A stretch of DNA of 64,000 nt from a virus, in the IMG/VR virus record IMGVR_UViG_3300034095_001503, positions 13,986-77,985 of that record; one strand, 5' to 3'. The notes beneath the pieces are model-generated. The model did not search any database, was not told where the DNA came from, and saw only the letters and a program-made list of their open reading frames with translations. Shown piece by piece: positions 19,687 through 29,267 of this stretch. Numbering within the stretch: the first letter of the stretch is position 1; the number at the start of each line of letters is the position of its first letter. Both the position numbers and the translations under genes were made by a program.

Positions 19687-19747
19687 TTGATTTATTGGTT
19701 TTTTGTTAGTATATTTGTTTAAATAATATTAATAAAAAACCAATAAA
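19687..19747 (+). promoter_or_regulatory. Host-sigma promoter with a 14-bp inverted repeat pairing the spacer with the translation initiation region
   Basis: TTGATT-N17-TATATTTG; arms TTTATTGGTTTTTT (19691-19704) and AAAAAACCAATAAA (19734-19747) abut the ATG at 19748. Confidence 0.6.
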
Positions 19748-20311
19748 ATGCCTTTAGAACAAGAAAAAATCGTTGCAAATGCTAAAAAGTATTTCGACAC
19801 AGCTACAAAGATTGGCTTTATGAATGAAGACCTAATGAAATTCTTAGGTGAATCTTTTATAAAAGCTCCAGCATCAACAATGACAGACTTACATAACGCT
19901 TTTGAAGGTGGACTTATTGACCATTTATTAAGAGTTGGTTCATACGCTGTTAAATTCAACAACGCATTACCAGAAGAAGAAAGAGTTGACCAAAATTCTT
20001 TACTTAAAGTTTGTTTACTACACCAAATTGGTAAAGCAAATCTTTACAAGCCATGTGAATCAGAATGGCACAGAAAAAATCAAGGGAAAATGTATGAATT
20101 CAATGATTCTATTTCATCTATGAGAGTAGGTGAGAGAAGTCTTCATTATGCTATGTCAAATGGTGTCTCTTTTACTGAAGAAGAATTCAGTGCTATTTTG
20201 AATTTTGAAAAAAATGATGATAAAATGGCTGAGTATCATAACTCAACTGTTGGTGATTTATTAAAAACAGCTGCATTATTTGCTGTTAAAAATGAAAAAA
20301 TAAAAAAATAA
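19748..20311 (+). CDS. HD-superfamily phosphohydrolase-like protein (YhaM-like; HD is HQ)
   Basis: APAS...HNAFEGGLIDH...LLHQIGK. Confidence 0.75.
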   Translation: MPLEQEKIVANAKKYFDTATKIGFMNEDLMKFLGESFIKAPASTMTDLHNAFEGGLIDHLLRVGSYAVKFNNALPEEERVDQNSLLKVCLLHQIGKANLYKPCESEWHRKNQGKMYEFNDSISSMRVGERSLHYAMSNGVSFTEEEFSAILNFEKNDDKMAEYHNSTVGDLLKTAALFAVKNEKIKK

Positions 20312-20312
20312 T

Positions 20313-20897
20313 ATGGATTTATTGGAAAAAATGCGAGAGAAAGTTTTTCTACTTGCTGACCCAGATAGCGGTTACACCCAAAAAGATTTTGACGCTGAGT
20401 TTAACCCATCAACATTGGGTATGGAACCTAATTTTGATGAATATAAAATCAATTTCAAATTTAAAAATGAATCTAACAACCCAGACCCAGAATATGCAAC
20501 TGGTGGTTCTTCTGGATTTGATTTAAGAGCTAATTTAACAGAGGTTATAAAATTATCACCACAAGGTGGTTTTGCCATTATACCAACTGGGTTATATTTT
20601 GAGATTCCAGAGAATTTTGAAATACAAGTTAGAAGTAGAAGTGGGTTGGCTGCAAAAAACCAAGTAGCAGTTTTAAACTCACCTGGTACCGTGGATGCTG
20701 ATTATCGTGGTGAAGTTAAAGTTATTTTAATCAACCATGGTTTAAATGAGTTCACAATTAACCATGGTGATAGAATTGCACAAGCGGTAGTTGCTGCTGT
20801 AACTGCTAAAAACTTTATTAAACTAACTAAAGTAAATAATATTAACGAAGACACTGAACGTGGTTCTGGTGGTTTCGGTTCAACTGGAATAAAATGA
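20313..20897 (+). CDS. dut: dUTP diphosphatase (trimeric)
   Basis: All five motifs present: GFDL, RSGL, GTVDADYRGE, GDRIAQ, RGSGGFGSTG. Confidence 0.97.
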   Translation: MDLLEKMREKVFLLADPDSGYTQKDFDAEFNPSTLGMEPNFDEYKINFKFKNESNNPDPEYATGGSSGFDLRANLTEVIKLSPQGGFAIIPTGLYFEIPENFEIQVRSRSGLAAKNQVAVLNSPGTVDADYRGEVKVILINHGLNEFTINHGDRIAQAVVAAVTAKNFIKLTKVNNINEDTERGSGGFGSTGIK

Positions 20898-21154
20898 TTA
20901 GAACTGAATTTATAGAAATATTAAAAGAACATGCTGAAACAGCTGGTGTATTTGGTAACAGATTTGTTTGTCGTTCCGATGACAAAAATTATTGGACTTA
21001 TCATATACCAGCAGTGGATACACCAGAACCTTCAATAGAATTATTTACTGAAGGTTTTGTTCTATATTCACCAAATATAGGTTTTGGATTGAATGCTATT
21101 GAAAAAATAAGTTATGAAGATTTCATAACAAAATATAATTTAACTAGAAAATGA
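20894..21154 (+). CDS. Hypothetical protein
   Basis: 86 aa; ATGA overlaps with both neighbours. Confidence 0.7.
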   Translation: MIRTEFIEILKEHAETAGVFGNRFVCRSDDKNYWTYHIPAVDTPEPSIELFTEGFVLYSPNIGFGLNAIEKISYEDFITKYNLTRK

Positions 21155-22338
21155 TAACAGTTGTATATTGTACAAGAGAATCAAACCCAGAACACACAGA
21201 ACATTTAATCAAGACTTCTGGTTTACATAAACACTTAGAAGTTATTGAAATAATCAATAACGGTGAATCGTTAACAAAAGCTTACAATCGTGGGTTAAAA
21301 ATGGCTACAAATAAAATTGTAGTTTTTTGTCACGATGATTTAACTATTGAAACTAAACAATGGGGTACCAAACTTATCAAATTATTTGAAAGAAATAAAG
21401 AATATGGTATTATCGGTATTGCTGGTACAAAGTTTATGGCGGAAAATGGTCAATGGTGGACTAACCCTAGAAAAATGTACGGTAGAGTTCAACATACACA
21501 CGAAGGTAAAACTTGGTTATCATCATATTCAGATGATTTAGGTCAATCACTAGAAGAAACTGTTATTGTTGATGGTTTATTTTTTGCTGTGAATAAAGAT
21601 GTTGTTAAAAAAGAATTTAACGAGGATTTTGAAGGTTTCCATTTCTATGATGTTAGTTATTGTTTTGACAACTTTTTAGAAGGTGTTAAGGTTGGTGTGA
21701 CAACTGTAGTTAGAGTTAACCACCAATCTATTGGTATGGTAAACGAACAATGGGAAGAAAATAGAAAACAATTTGCTGAAACTTATAAAGATAAGTTACC
21801 AATCAACATTAAAAAAACACTAAGGAAAGGTGAAAAATTAAAAATTATGGTTACTTCATTATCTTTTGATGATGCAAACCCTAAAAGTAAATTAATTTTA
21901 GAATTTGCTACTAAGCTAAAAAATGAAAAACATGATGTAACTATCTGTTCCAACATCAATGGTAAAATACCTTCTTTAGCTAAAAAAATAGGAATTAGTT
22001 TAGCACCAATACAACAACCACCAGGTTTTGCTTTAGGTGATGGTAAATGGGTTTTAAACACAAATGAGGGTCCAGTTCCATCAACACCTAATACATTGTA
22101 TAAAGTTAAAGATTATAAGTTTGATATTATCCATACTTTTGATGATGAACTTATTAGTCATTTAGAAAAATTGTATGGTGGTTCAAATATCATCAACACA
22201 AACTTTCCAAATGGTTTATTTATTAATACTGAAAAAAATCCTTTGGTTAAAACAACGATAAGTTTAACAAATGATTTAACTGAATTTGTTAAATTAGATA
22301 TCGATAACGTTATACAAGAATATATTGACGTAATATAA
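21151..22338 (+). CDS. Glycosyltransferase, GT-A (GT2-like) with a C-terminal GT4 N-domain-like region
   Basis: YNRGL...VVFCHDD, VDGLF, GFHFYD; C-terminal KLKIMVT...HDVTIC. Confidence 0.85.
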   Translation: MITVVYCTRESNPEHTEHLIKTSGLHKHLEVIEIINNGESLTKAYNRGLKMATNKIVVFCHDDLTIETKQWGTKLIKLFERNKEYGIIGIAGTKFMAENGQWWTNPRKMYGRVQHTHEGKTWLSSYSDDLGQSLEETVIVDGLFFAVNKDVVKKEFNEDFEGFHFYDVSYCFDNFLEGVKVGVTTVVRVNHQSIGMVNEQWEENRKQFAETYKDKLPINIKKTLRKGEKLKIMVTSLSFDDANPKSKLILEFATKLKNEKHDVTICSNINGKIPSLAKKIGISLAPIQQPPGFALGDGKWVLNTNEGPVPSTPNTLYKVKDYKFDIIHTFDDELISHLEKLYGGSNIINTNFPNGLFINTEKNPLVKTTISLTNDLTEFVKLDIDNVIQEYIDVI

Positions 22339-23123
22339 TGATTAAAATAGTTTCTGGATATTCTGAAAAAGGTGGTTCAACATCTGCATTTATTGATTTA
22401 ACGAATGAGTTAAATCGAAATGGTATTGATACAACTTTTTATGGACCACATGCATGGCATTTAGATAAATGTAAATCTGGTATTTTAGATAGCAGTTTTG
22501 TTGTTGACCCTACTGATACATTAATTTGTCATTTCCTACAATTACCAAGCAGACCAAATGCTAAAAAAGTTATTTTAAGCTGCCATGAAAAGTGGTGGTT
22601 TAAAGTAGGTGAGATAAAAGAATATTGGGATACTGCTATCTTCTTACATAATGAACATAGAGAGTATCATAATGCTTATGAAGGTGATTTTACTATCATA
22701 CCAAATTTGAAACCAGATTTAAAACCAATCGACAAAGAAAATTTAGATTTGGTTGCTGGTATTATTGGAAGTATTGAAGATAGAAAACAAACCCACACCT
22801 CAATACAAAGAGCTTTGGCTGATGGTTGTGAAAAAATAAAGATATTCGGTCATATTGGTGAAGAAGGTTATTATGAAAAATATGTAAAACACTTACTTAA
22901 CGATAATATTGAAATTGTTGGTTTCAGCACCAATAAACAAGAAATGTATGATTCTATTGGACGAGTATATCATTCATCAAAAGGTGAAGTTGCTTGTTTG
23001 GTTAAAGACGAATGTTGGTTAACCAACACTAAATTCTTTGGAAATGAAGAAACTGAAAATGAAGTATCTAAATTATCAAATATTGAGATTATAGATGCAT
23101 GGAAAAAAATATTAGGGATATGA
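22338..23123 (+). CDS. Glycosyltransferase, GT-B
   Basis: KGGSTSAF N-terminal loop, GIIGSIEDRKQ, HSSKGEVACLVKDE (E-X7-E-like). Confidence 0.75.
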   Translation: MIKIVSGYSEKGGSTSAFIDLTNELNRNGIDTTFYGPHAWHLDKCKSGILDSSFVVDPTDTLICHFLQLPSRPNAKKVILSCHEKWWFKVGEIKEYWDTAIFLHNEHREYHNAYEGDFTIIPNLKPDLKPIDKENLDLVAGIIGSIEDRKQTHTSIQRALADGCEKIKIFGHIGEEGYYEKYVKHLLNDNIEIVGFSTNKQEMYDSIGRVYHSSKGEVACLVKDECWLTNTKFFGNEETENEVSKLSNIEIIDAWKKILGI

Positions 23124-23836
23124 TAATACACGCACACATACTAGCATTCAATGAAGAAAAAATTCTTCCATTTACGTTAGATTATTATTCTAATTTATGC
23201 GAAAAAATATTTATATATGATAACATGTCAACTGATGGTTCAGATGAAATTTATACAAGATATCCAAAAGTTACTGTTATTAAATGGGATAGTAACAATG
23301 AAATAAATGAAATGAATTATGTCAACATAAAATCAAATGGTTATAAACAATATAGTAGAGATGCTGATTGGGTTATCGTTTGTGATTGTGATGAAATTTT
23401 GTATCATTCAAAATTGTTAGATAAATTAACTTATTACAAAGAAAACGGTATAACTGTACCTAAAGTAAATGGTCATGATATGGTGAGTGAAACGTTTCCA
23501 GAATATGATGGTGGTTTGATTACTACCAAAGTTAAAACTGGTTCTGAAGTTTACGCACCTTTTTGTAAAAACATAATATTCAATCCTAAACTAAATGTTG
23601 AATTTGGTATTGGTGGACATTCTTTCAAATGTGACAACGCTACTTTTTCTGTTAGCCCAGAATTAAAATTGTTACATTACAAATTTTTAGGTGTTGAATA
23701 TGTTGAAACCATTTATAAAGCTAGAATGGAACGATTAAGTGAATTTAACAAAGAACATAAATTTGGTGAGCATTATTTTAATGTTCCTTATGATTATATG
23801 GAAAAATTATTAAGTGAAAATATACAAATAGTATGA
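23120..23836 (+). CDS. Glycosyltransferase family 2-like
   Basis: FNEEKIL, YDNMSTDGS, WVIVCDCDE, LLHYK; ATG at 23120 overlaps the previous stop. Confidence 0.85.
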   Translation: MIIHAHILAFNEEKILPFTLDYYSNLCEKIFIYDNMSTDGSDEIYTRYPKVTVIKWDSNNEINEMNYVNIKSNGYKQYSRDADWVIVCDCDEILYHSKLLDKLTYYKENGITVPKVNGHDMVSETFPEYDGGLITTKVKTGSEVYAPFCKNIIFNPKLNVEFGIGGHSFKCDNATFSVSPELKLLHYKFLGVEYVETIYKARMERLSEFNKEHKFGEHYFNVPYDYMEKLLSENIQIV

Positions 23837-24654
23837 GAAAAATATTAATATCAGATTTTACTATAAAAGAAGCACCACATGGTGGTTCAGAATGGGTTAA
23901 CCAAGTTTTGATTGATAAATTTAATTTAGAATTTAAATACTCACAACAAGTTACTTCTTTTGAACCAGATGTTTTATATATCATTTCAAATGTATCTTTA
24001 ATGAGACCAGATTTGGTTAGTCAAATTTCTAGTCTTAATTACATCATAATTGAGAATGATTATAAAATATGTCATTCTAGACACCCATGGCGTTGGCCAG
24101 AATCAATCATCCCATTGAATGAACGAATCAACTATGATATGTATGCTAACGCTAAAGCAGTTTTTGTTCAAACCAACGACCACCAAAGAGTTTATAAGAT
24201 AAATGATGTCAAAGCTAATTTTATCAACTTACACTCATCTATATGGGCTGAAAGTGATTTAGAGTTATTAGAGAATACTCTTAAACAAACTACAGAGAAA
24301 AATGGTAAACACGCTATTTACGCTACTGATAACTGGATTAAAAATTCTCAAGGTTCTGTAAAATATTGTGAAGATAATAATTTAGAATTTGATTTGATTT
24401 ATAACCAAGAAAGAAGAGAAGATTTTATAAGTAAATTGGCTCAATGTTCTAATTTGGTGTTTTTTCCTTTGGCTAGAGAAACTTTTTGTAGATTAGTTGT
24501 TGAAGCTAAATGTTTAGGTTTAGATGTAACCACAACTAAAAATTACGGTGCTTCTTTGGAAGGATATTTTGAAATGTCTGGTCAAGAACTGATTGATTTT
24601 TTAAGAATGCAAACAGAAGATAATTTAAATAAAATAAACAAATACCTTAATTAA
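23833..24654 (+). CDS. Glycosyltransferase, GT-B-like
   Basis: HGGSE N-terminal loop; FFPLARETFCRLVVEAKCLG (E-X7-E). Confidence 0.75.
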   Translation: MRKILISDFTIKEAPHGGSEWVNQVLIDKFNLEFKYSQQVTSFEPDVLYIISNVSLMRPDLVSQISSLNYIIIENDYKICHSRHPWRWPESIIPLNERINYDMYANAKAVFVQTNDHQRVYKINDVKANFINLHSSIWAESDLELLENTLKQTTEKNGKHAIYATDNWIKNSQGSVKYCEDNNLEFDLIYNQERREDFISKLAQCSNLVFFPLARETFCRLVVEAKCLGLDVTTTKNYGASLEGYFEMSGQELIDFLRMQTEDNLNKINKYLN

Positions 24655-25682
24655 TGGAAAATATCTTTATAAATATAAAAAAATGGGGTTACAGTAAATT
24701 AGCTATGCTTTCGTTAGCAATGTCCAACGTTGAAAAAAACTCTTTAGGACAATCCGCTGAACCTTTATCAACTGACACTGCTAAATTCCAAAGACATACA
24801 CAAGGTCAATTAGCTGATTCACTTATAAATGGTGAAGTAACACAAGAAGTTATTGACATGCGATGGAGAACATATAAAATCATTCGAGAAACTGAAGGTG
24901 TTACTGCTGAAATAGTTGGGTATGATGAGAATGGTATGCCAATTGTTAAAACTAGAAAAAGAAACAAAAAAGCTGGTCTTAAAAAAGTTAAATTAGATGA
25001 ATTTGATTCTTATCCTTTGGAAATGATAATCGATAATTCAGAAATAGTTTTAAGTGGTAATCAAGCTATGGATAATGATAACATTTCTATCTTTGATGAA
25101 GTAATTATAAACCAAACTACTGGACCAATAGGTGTGATTGGACCAATAGGTCCAGATGGTCAAAAAGATGTTGATGGAGAACCAAGTAAAATTGAATGGT
25201 CAGCTTCACATGGTTCAATTAGTGGTACTGAATATTTTGCAACCAACAAATCTGAACGTCCAATCATATTAACTAGACTTAACCCACCTAAATTCAAGTT
25301 AGAGAACTTTACAAAAAAACTAAATATTAGAACTATAAATAAAACTGAAAAGTTATTAGAGTTTTATGTTAGTAAGTATCCAGATGAATACAATAGAACA
25401 AGTCGTTTATTTATTAGCGATATTAAAAAAGCTATTTTAGAACCAGAGAAATCAACAATACTAGAATTTAGTAGTGTTAATTTTATCACTTACAAATGTA
25501 TGGGTGTTGATGACTTTTTAGAGTTTGAATATGAGATTATTTCTTTTGATAAAATAATTGAATACAATGGTTTTTATGTTGTTAAATTTATTGCAAAAGT
25601 TAATGTTAACGGTGTGGATATGTTAGAAAAACATAGAGTTGTTGAATTAGATAAAAAATACGAAAATAAACAAAAGAAATAA
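24654..25682 (+). CDS. Hypothetical protein with a short collagen-like insert
   Basis: 342 aa; GPIGVIGPIGPDGQ; no GT motifs recognised. Confidence 0.7.
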   Translation: MENIFINIKKWGYSKLAMLSLAMSNVEKNSLGQSAEPLSTDTAKFQRHTQGQLADSLINGEVTQEVIDMRWRTYKIIRETEGVTAEIVGYDENGMPIVKTRKRNKKAGLKKVKLDEFDSYPLEMIIDNSEIVLSGNQAMDNDNISIFDEVIINQTTGPIGVIGPIGPDGQKDVDGEPSKIEWSASHGSISGTEYFATNKSERPIILTRLNPPKFKLENFTKKLNIRTINKTEKLLEFYVSKYPDEYNRTSRLFISDIKKAILEPEKSTILEFSSVNFITYKCMGVDDFLEFEYEIISFDKIIEYNGFYVVKFIAKVNVNGVDMLEKHRVVELDKKYENKQKK

Positions 25683-25683
25683 T

Positions 25684-26415
25684 ATGGGAGAAATAACTGC
25701 AATTTTAAATGGTTACAAACGTCCACAATTTTTGAAAGAACAAGTTGAGGCAATTAGAAACCAAACTATTAAACCTAAAGAGATTATGTTATGGCAAAAT
25801 AACAGTGAAGGTTTTGATAAAGAACTAACCGATACTTTAATTACGGCTAGTTGTAATAGTAATTTAGGTGTTTGGGCTAGATTTGCTTATGCTTTAAATG
25901 CTAAAACAGAATATATTTGTATTTTTGATGATGATACAATACCTGGTGATATGTGGTTTGAAAATTGTTTAGAGACAATGAAAACACATGAGGGGTTATT
26001 AGGTACTGTTGGGTTGATTTACGATACACCAAATAGTTATAGACCAAACGTTAGATTCGGGTGGGCTGATATTAACAATCCAGAACCCATTAGAGTTGAT
26101 ATTGTTGGACACGCATGGTTTTTTAAACGTGAATGGCTTTCTGCTTATTGGAGAGAATTACCACCTATCGGATTAACAACTGTAGGTGAAGATATGCACT
26201 TCTCATACACATTACAAAAATATTTAGGTTTAAACACTTATGTACCAGCACATCCAGAAGAAAATAAAAGACTTTGGGGTAGTTTAAAAGGTTGGGAAAT
26301 GGGAACAGAACAAAATGCATTATCATTCAATAATGACAATTTAATGCTTATGGATTCGTATCATAAACATTTGTTATCACAAGACTTTAAACTAGTTAGA
26401 TATGGAAAAATTTAA
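25684..26415 (+). CDS. Glycosyltransferase family 2
   Basis: ILNGYKRP, ICIFDDD, GEDMHFSY. Confidence 0.85.
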   Translation: MGEITAILNGYKRPQFLKEQVEAIRNQTIKPKEIMLWQNNSEGFDKELTDTLITASCNSNLGVWARFAYALNAKTEYICIFDDDTIPGDMWFENCLETMKTHEGLLGTVGLIYDTPNSYRPNVRFGWADINNPEPIRVDIVGHAWFFKREWLSAYWRELPPIGLTTVGEDMHFSYTLQKYLGLNTYVPAHPEENKRLWGSLKGWEMGTEQNALSFNNDNLMLMDSYHKHLLSQDFKLVRYGKI

Positions 26416-27121
26416 TAGTGATTTTGATTATTTTTGGGGTAAAATTAATAGAAAAGAAAATTTTACCTTTACTAGATACGCAGATGGCGAAATATTATTA
26501 ATGAAAGGTGCACCAGTAAAAGAAGGAACACAAGCCTTCAATGTTGATAAATGGTCATCACCTATTGGTATAACAAAAGTTGGTAGAGAATTATTAGGTT
26601 CTTTGAATCATAATGAAACCAATTATTACTATGCTATTTCAGCACCAACTGATAATATTTACGATTATAACTTTTTGATTAACAATATCAAACAAGATAA
26701 ATCAAAAATAACATTTGTAAATTTGTGGATAAATGCAAATTATAATAAAACATTGGAAAACTATAAAAAACTTGACAGAGAAGTTATTTTAATTTGTAAC
26801 GATAAAGCCAATGCTGATAATTTTCCATTTAAAGTTAAAGACATCACTTATTTTCCAAATGATTGTATAAATTTTTGGGAAGAAAATAGTGATAGTTTCA
26901 TTAATGAATTATCTTTAAAATACAAAGATTTCAACAATGAACTTTTCTTTATTTCATGTGGTCCAATATCAGAAATAATAATACATAATTTATATTTACT
27001 TAACCCAAATAATTCTTATATTGATGTAGGTTCATCGATTGATGAATTTGTACATGGTTTTAAAACAAGACCATACATGGAAAATAACACAGTTTATAGT
27101 AATATGACATCAAGTTTTTAA
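26402..27121 (+). CDS. GT-D fold (DUF1792/GT101-like) glycosyltransferase
   Basis: FTRYADGE near the N-terminus, ISCGP, YIDVGS. Confidence 0.65.
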   Translation: MEKFNSDFDYFWGKINRKENFTFTRYADGEILLMKGAPVKEGTQAFNVDKWSSPIGITKVGRELLGSLNHNETNYYYAISAPTDNIYDYNFLINNIKQDKSKITFVNLWINANYNKTLENYKKLDREVILICNDKANADNFPFKVKDITYFPNDCINFWEENSDSFINELSLKYKDFNNELFFISCGPISEIIIHNLYLLNPNNSYIDVGSSIDEFVHGFKTRPYMENNTVYSNMTSSF

Positions 27122-27826
27122 ATGGAATTAACATTATTAACATATACACATAGTAAAGCATCTGATTTACATAATGTTTATTTCGACAGAGTTAAAAAAT
27201 TCTTCAAACCAGAAAACCATGTAGTTTTGTGTGATATAGAAATTAATTATAGTGACATTATTATGTCCATATACGATAATGAAAGTAAGTATTATGAACA
27301 AATGATTAATGCTTTGGATAAAGTTAAAACTGAATATGTTATTTATTCACAAGAAGATTATATATTATTTGATTATGTCAACTTAGATAAAATAAATAAT
27401 TTAATTTCTGTATTAGATAACGACAAAAAATTATCATTTATTAGGTTAATTTATAGCGGAGTAGACTTCAATACTATTGATTACAATGAAGATTTAATAT
27501 ATCTAAAATCAGAACATCAATATTATTTTAGTACTCAAATAACCATATGGAGAACACAAGATTTAAAAGATATGTTCAATAGTTCTAAAGTAGAAACTAT
27601 ATGGGATGAACCTAAAAATTCTATTTATTTAAAAGAACTAAATAAAATTGGGTTATGTGTTAAAGAAAAAGGTGATAAAGTTGGTGGTCATTTTAATTCG
27701 TCAATATATCCATATATTGCTACTGCTATTGTTAAAGGTAAATGGAATGATTCAGAATATAGTGATGTATTAAACACCATTTATGATGAGTATAATATAA
27801 ATAAAGAAATAAGAGGTGTAAGATAA
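27122..27826 (+). CDS. GT-A-like glycosyltransferase
   Basis: YVIYSQEDY, STQITIWR, TAIVKGKW. Confidence 0.65.
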   Translation: MELTLLTYTHSKASDLHNVYFDRVKKFFKPENHVVLCDIEINYSDIIMSIYDNESKYYEQMINALDKVKTEYVIYSQEDYILFDYVNLDKINNLISVLDNDKKLSFIRLIYSGVDFNTIDYNEDLIYLKSEHQYYFSTQITIWRTQDLKDMFNSSKVETIWDEPKNSIYLKELNKIGLCVKEKGDKVGGHFNSSIYPYIATAIVKGKWNDSEYSDVLNTIYDEYNINKEIRGVR

Positions 27827-28497
27827 TGAATGATTTTGTTATAATAGTTCAAGGTTCTAGTATATACGTAGAACAAATAAAAGAAGCTTTAAAAGATTGT
27901 AATATTATCTTTTCAACGTGGGTTGGTGAAGAAGAAAAATATTCAGAAAATGATAATGTCATCTTCAATGAAACACCAATTTATTCTGGTCCAGCCAATT
28001 TAAATTATCAAAAAATATCTACTTTATCTGGTTTAAAAAAAGCTAAAGAATTAGGTTATAATAGAGCATTAAAACTTAGAGGTGATATTATACCTACAAA
28101 TATTAATGAACTTATTAAATCATTTGATAATGACTCTTTAAACTTTTTATGTTGGCATTGTCATGAGGTTTACCCTAATTGCCCTGGTTATTTGATAGAT
28201 TATTTAATGTCTGGAAAAATTGATGATTTAATTGAATTATGGGATATAGAAGATATGACTTGGTGTACTGTTCCAGAAATACATTTAACACAACAATACA
28301 TTAGTAAATTAATGGGTAGAGTTAATATTGAATATTTTTTACCAGAACTTAATTCTAATAATGATTTATTATGGGTTAAACGTGGTATTAATTTAAGTTC
28401 GTATCAAGCGAATACAATTTATGACAAATATAGAAAATATGATTTTGAATTAAATAAAGAGCATTTAGTTACTGATTATATTAAATTTTTAAAATAA
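27826..28497 (+). CDS. WavE-like LPS/polysaccharide modification protein
   Basis: IIVQG, IIFSTW, NLNYQKISTLSGL, LKLRGD. Confidence 0.65.
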   Translation: MNDFVIIVQGSSIYVEQIKEALKDCNIIFSTWVGEEEKYSENDNVIFNETPIYSGPANLNYQKISTLSGLKKAKELGYNRALKLRGDIIPTNINELIKSFDNDSLNFLCWHCHEVYPNCPGYLIDYLMSGKIDDLIELWDIEDMTWCTVPEIHLTQQYISKLMGRVNIEYFLPELNSNNDLLWVKRGINLSSYQANTIYDKYRKYDFELNKEHLVTDYIKFLK

Positions 28498-28521
28498 CAA
28501 AAACAAAAACAAAAAAAAAAT

Positions 28522-29265
28522 ATGTGGTTAGCAAGTAATGATACTCAAAGTAGATATGAAATGGCAGTTAATGAAGCGTTGACTGATGATAATAAATTTA
28601 AAACATTTAAAAGCGATTCAAATTATAATTGTATTGTAGGTATGAGTGAACAATGGCAAGCACCGTTGTTCTATAAATTTATTGAAGAAAATAATAAAAC
28701 AATTTTTGATAAACTTGATTTATTTAAAAATAACGACTCAATAGGTTCACCAGAAATTTGGGTGTCAGAAAACGGTTACTCTATGTCACCAAACACGTTG
28801 AGATATGTTAAAACTTTGGTTGATATAGAAAATGCTTTTGGTTCACTAAAAGGTTTTGTTATTGCTGAATTAGGTATTGGCTATGGAGGTTTATCTTTTA
28901 TCATCAATACCAATAATGAATTAAAAGATTATGTACTTTGTGATTTACCTAAAGTGGAAGAATTAGGTAAAAAATATTTATCTTCTTTCAACTTCACTTC
29001 AACAAATGATAGAAATAAATACGATAAATTTGATTTGTTTGTTAGTGAGTTTTGTTTATCAGAATTTAATGATGAGGGTATTTATAATTTTTATAATGAT
29101 TTAATTTTAAAATCTGATAGAATTTATTTAACTATGAATCTTCATGATGAAATTAGAAAAGAAACTTTTTTAAATAAAATTAAAGAAGATTTTGATATCA
29201 CAATTTTAGATGAATACCCAAAAACTCATTGGCCAAATTACATCATAATAGGTAATAAAAAATAA
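28522..29265 (+). CDS. Putative sugar O-methyltransferase (SAM-dependent)
   Basis: IGSP...SPNTLRY, ELGIGYGG (SAM motif I), YVLCDLP, FCLSE. Confidence 0.75.
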   Translation: MWLASNDTQSRYEMAVNEALTDDNKFKTFKSDSNYNCIVGMSEQWQAPLFYKFIEENNKTIFDKLDLFKNNDSIGSPEIWVSENGYSMSPNTLRYVKTLVDIENAFGSLKGFVIAELGIGYGGLSFIINTNNELKDYVLCDLPKVEELGKKYLSSFNFTSTNDRNKYDKFDLFVSEFCLSEFNDEGIYNFYNDLILKSDRIYLTMNLHDEIRKETFLNKIKEDFDITILDEYPKTHWPNYIIIGNKK

Positions 29266-29267
29266 AG

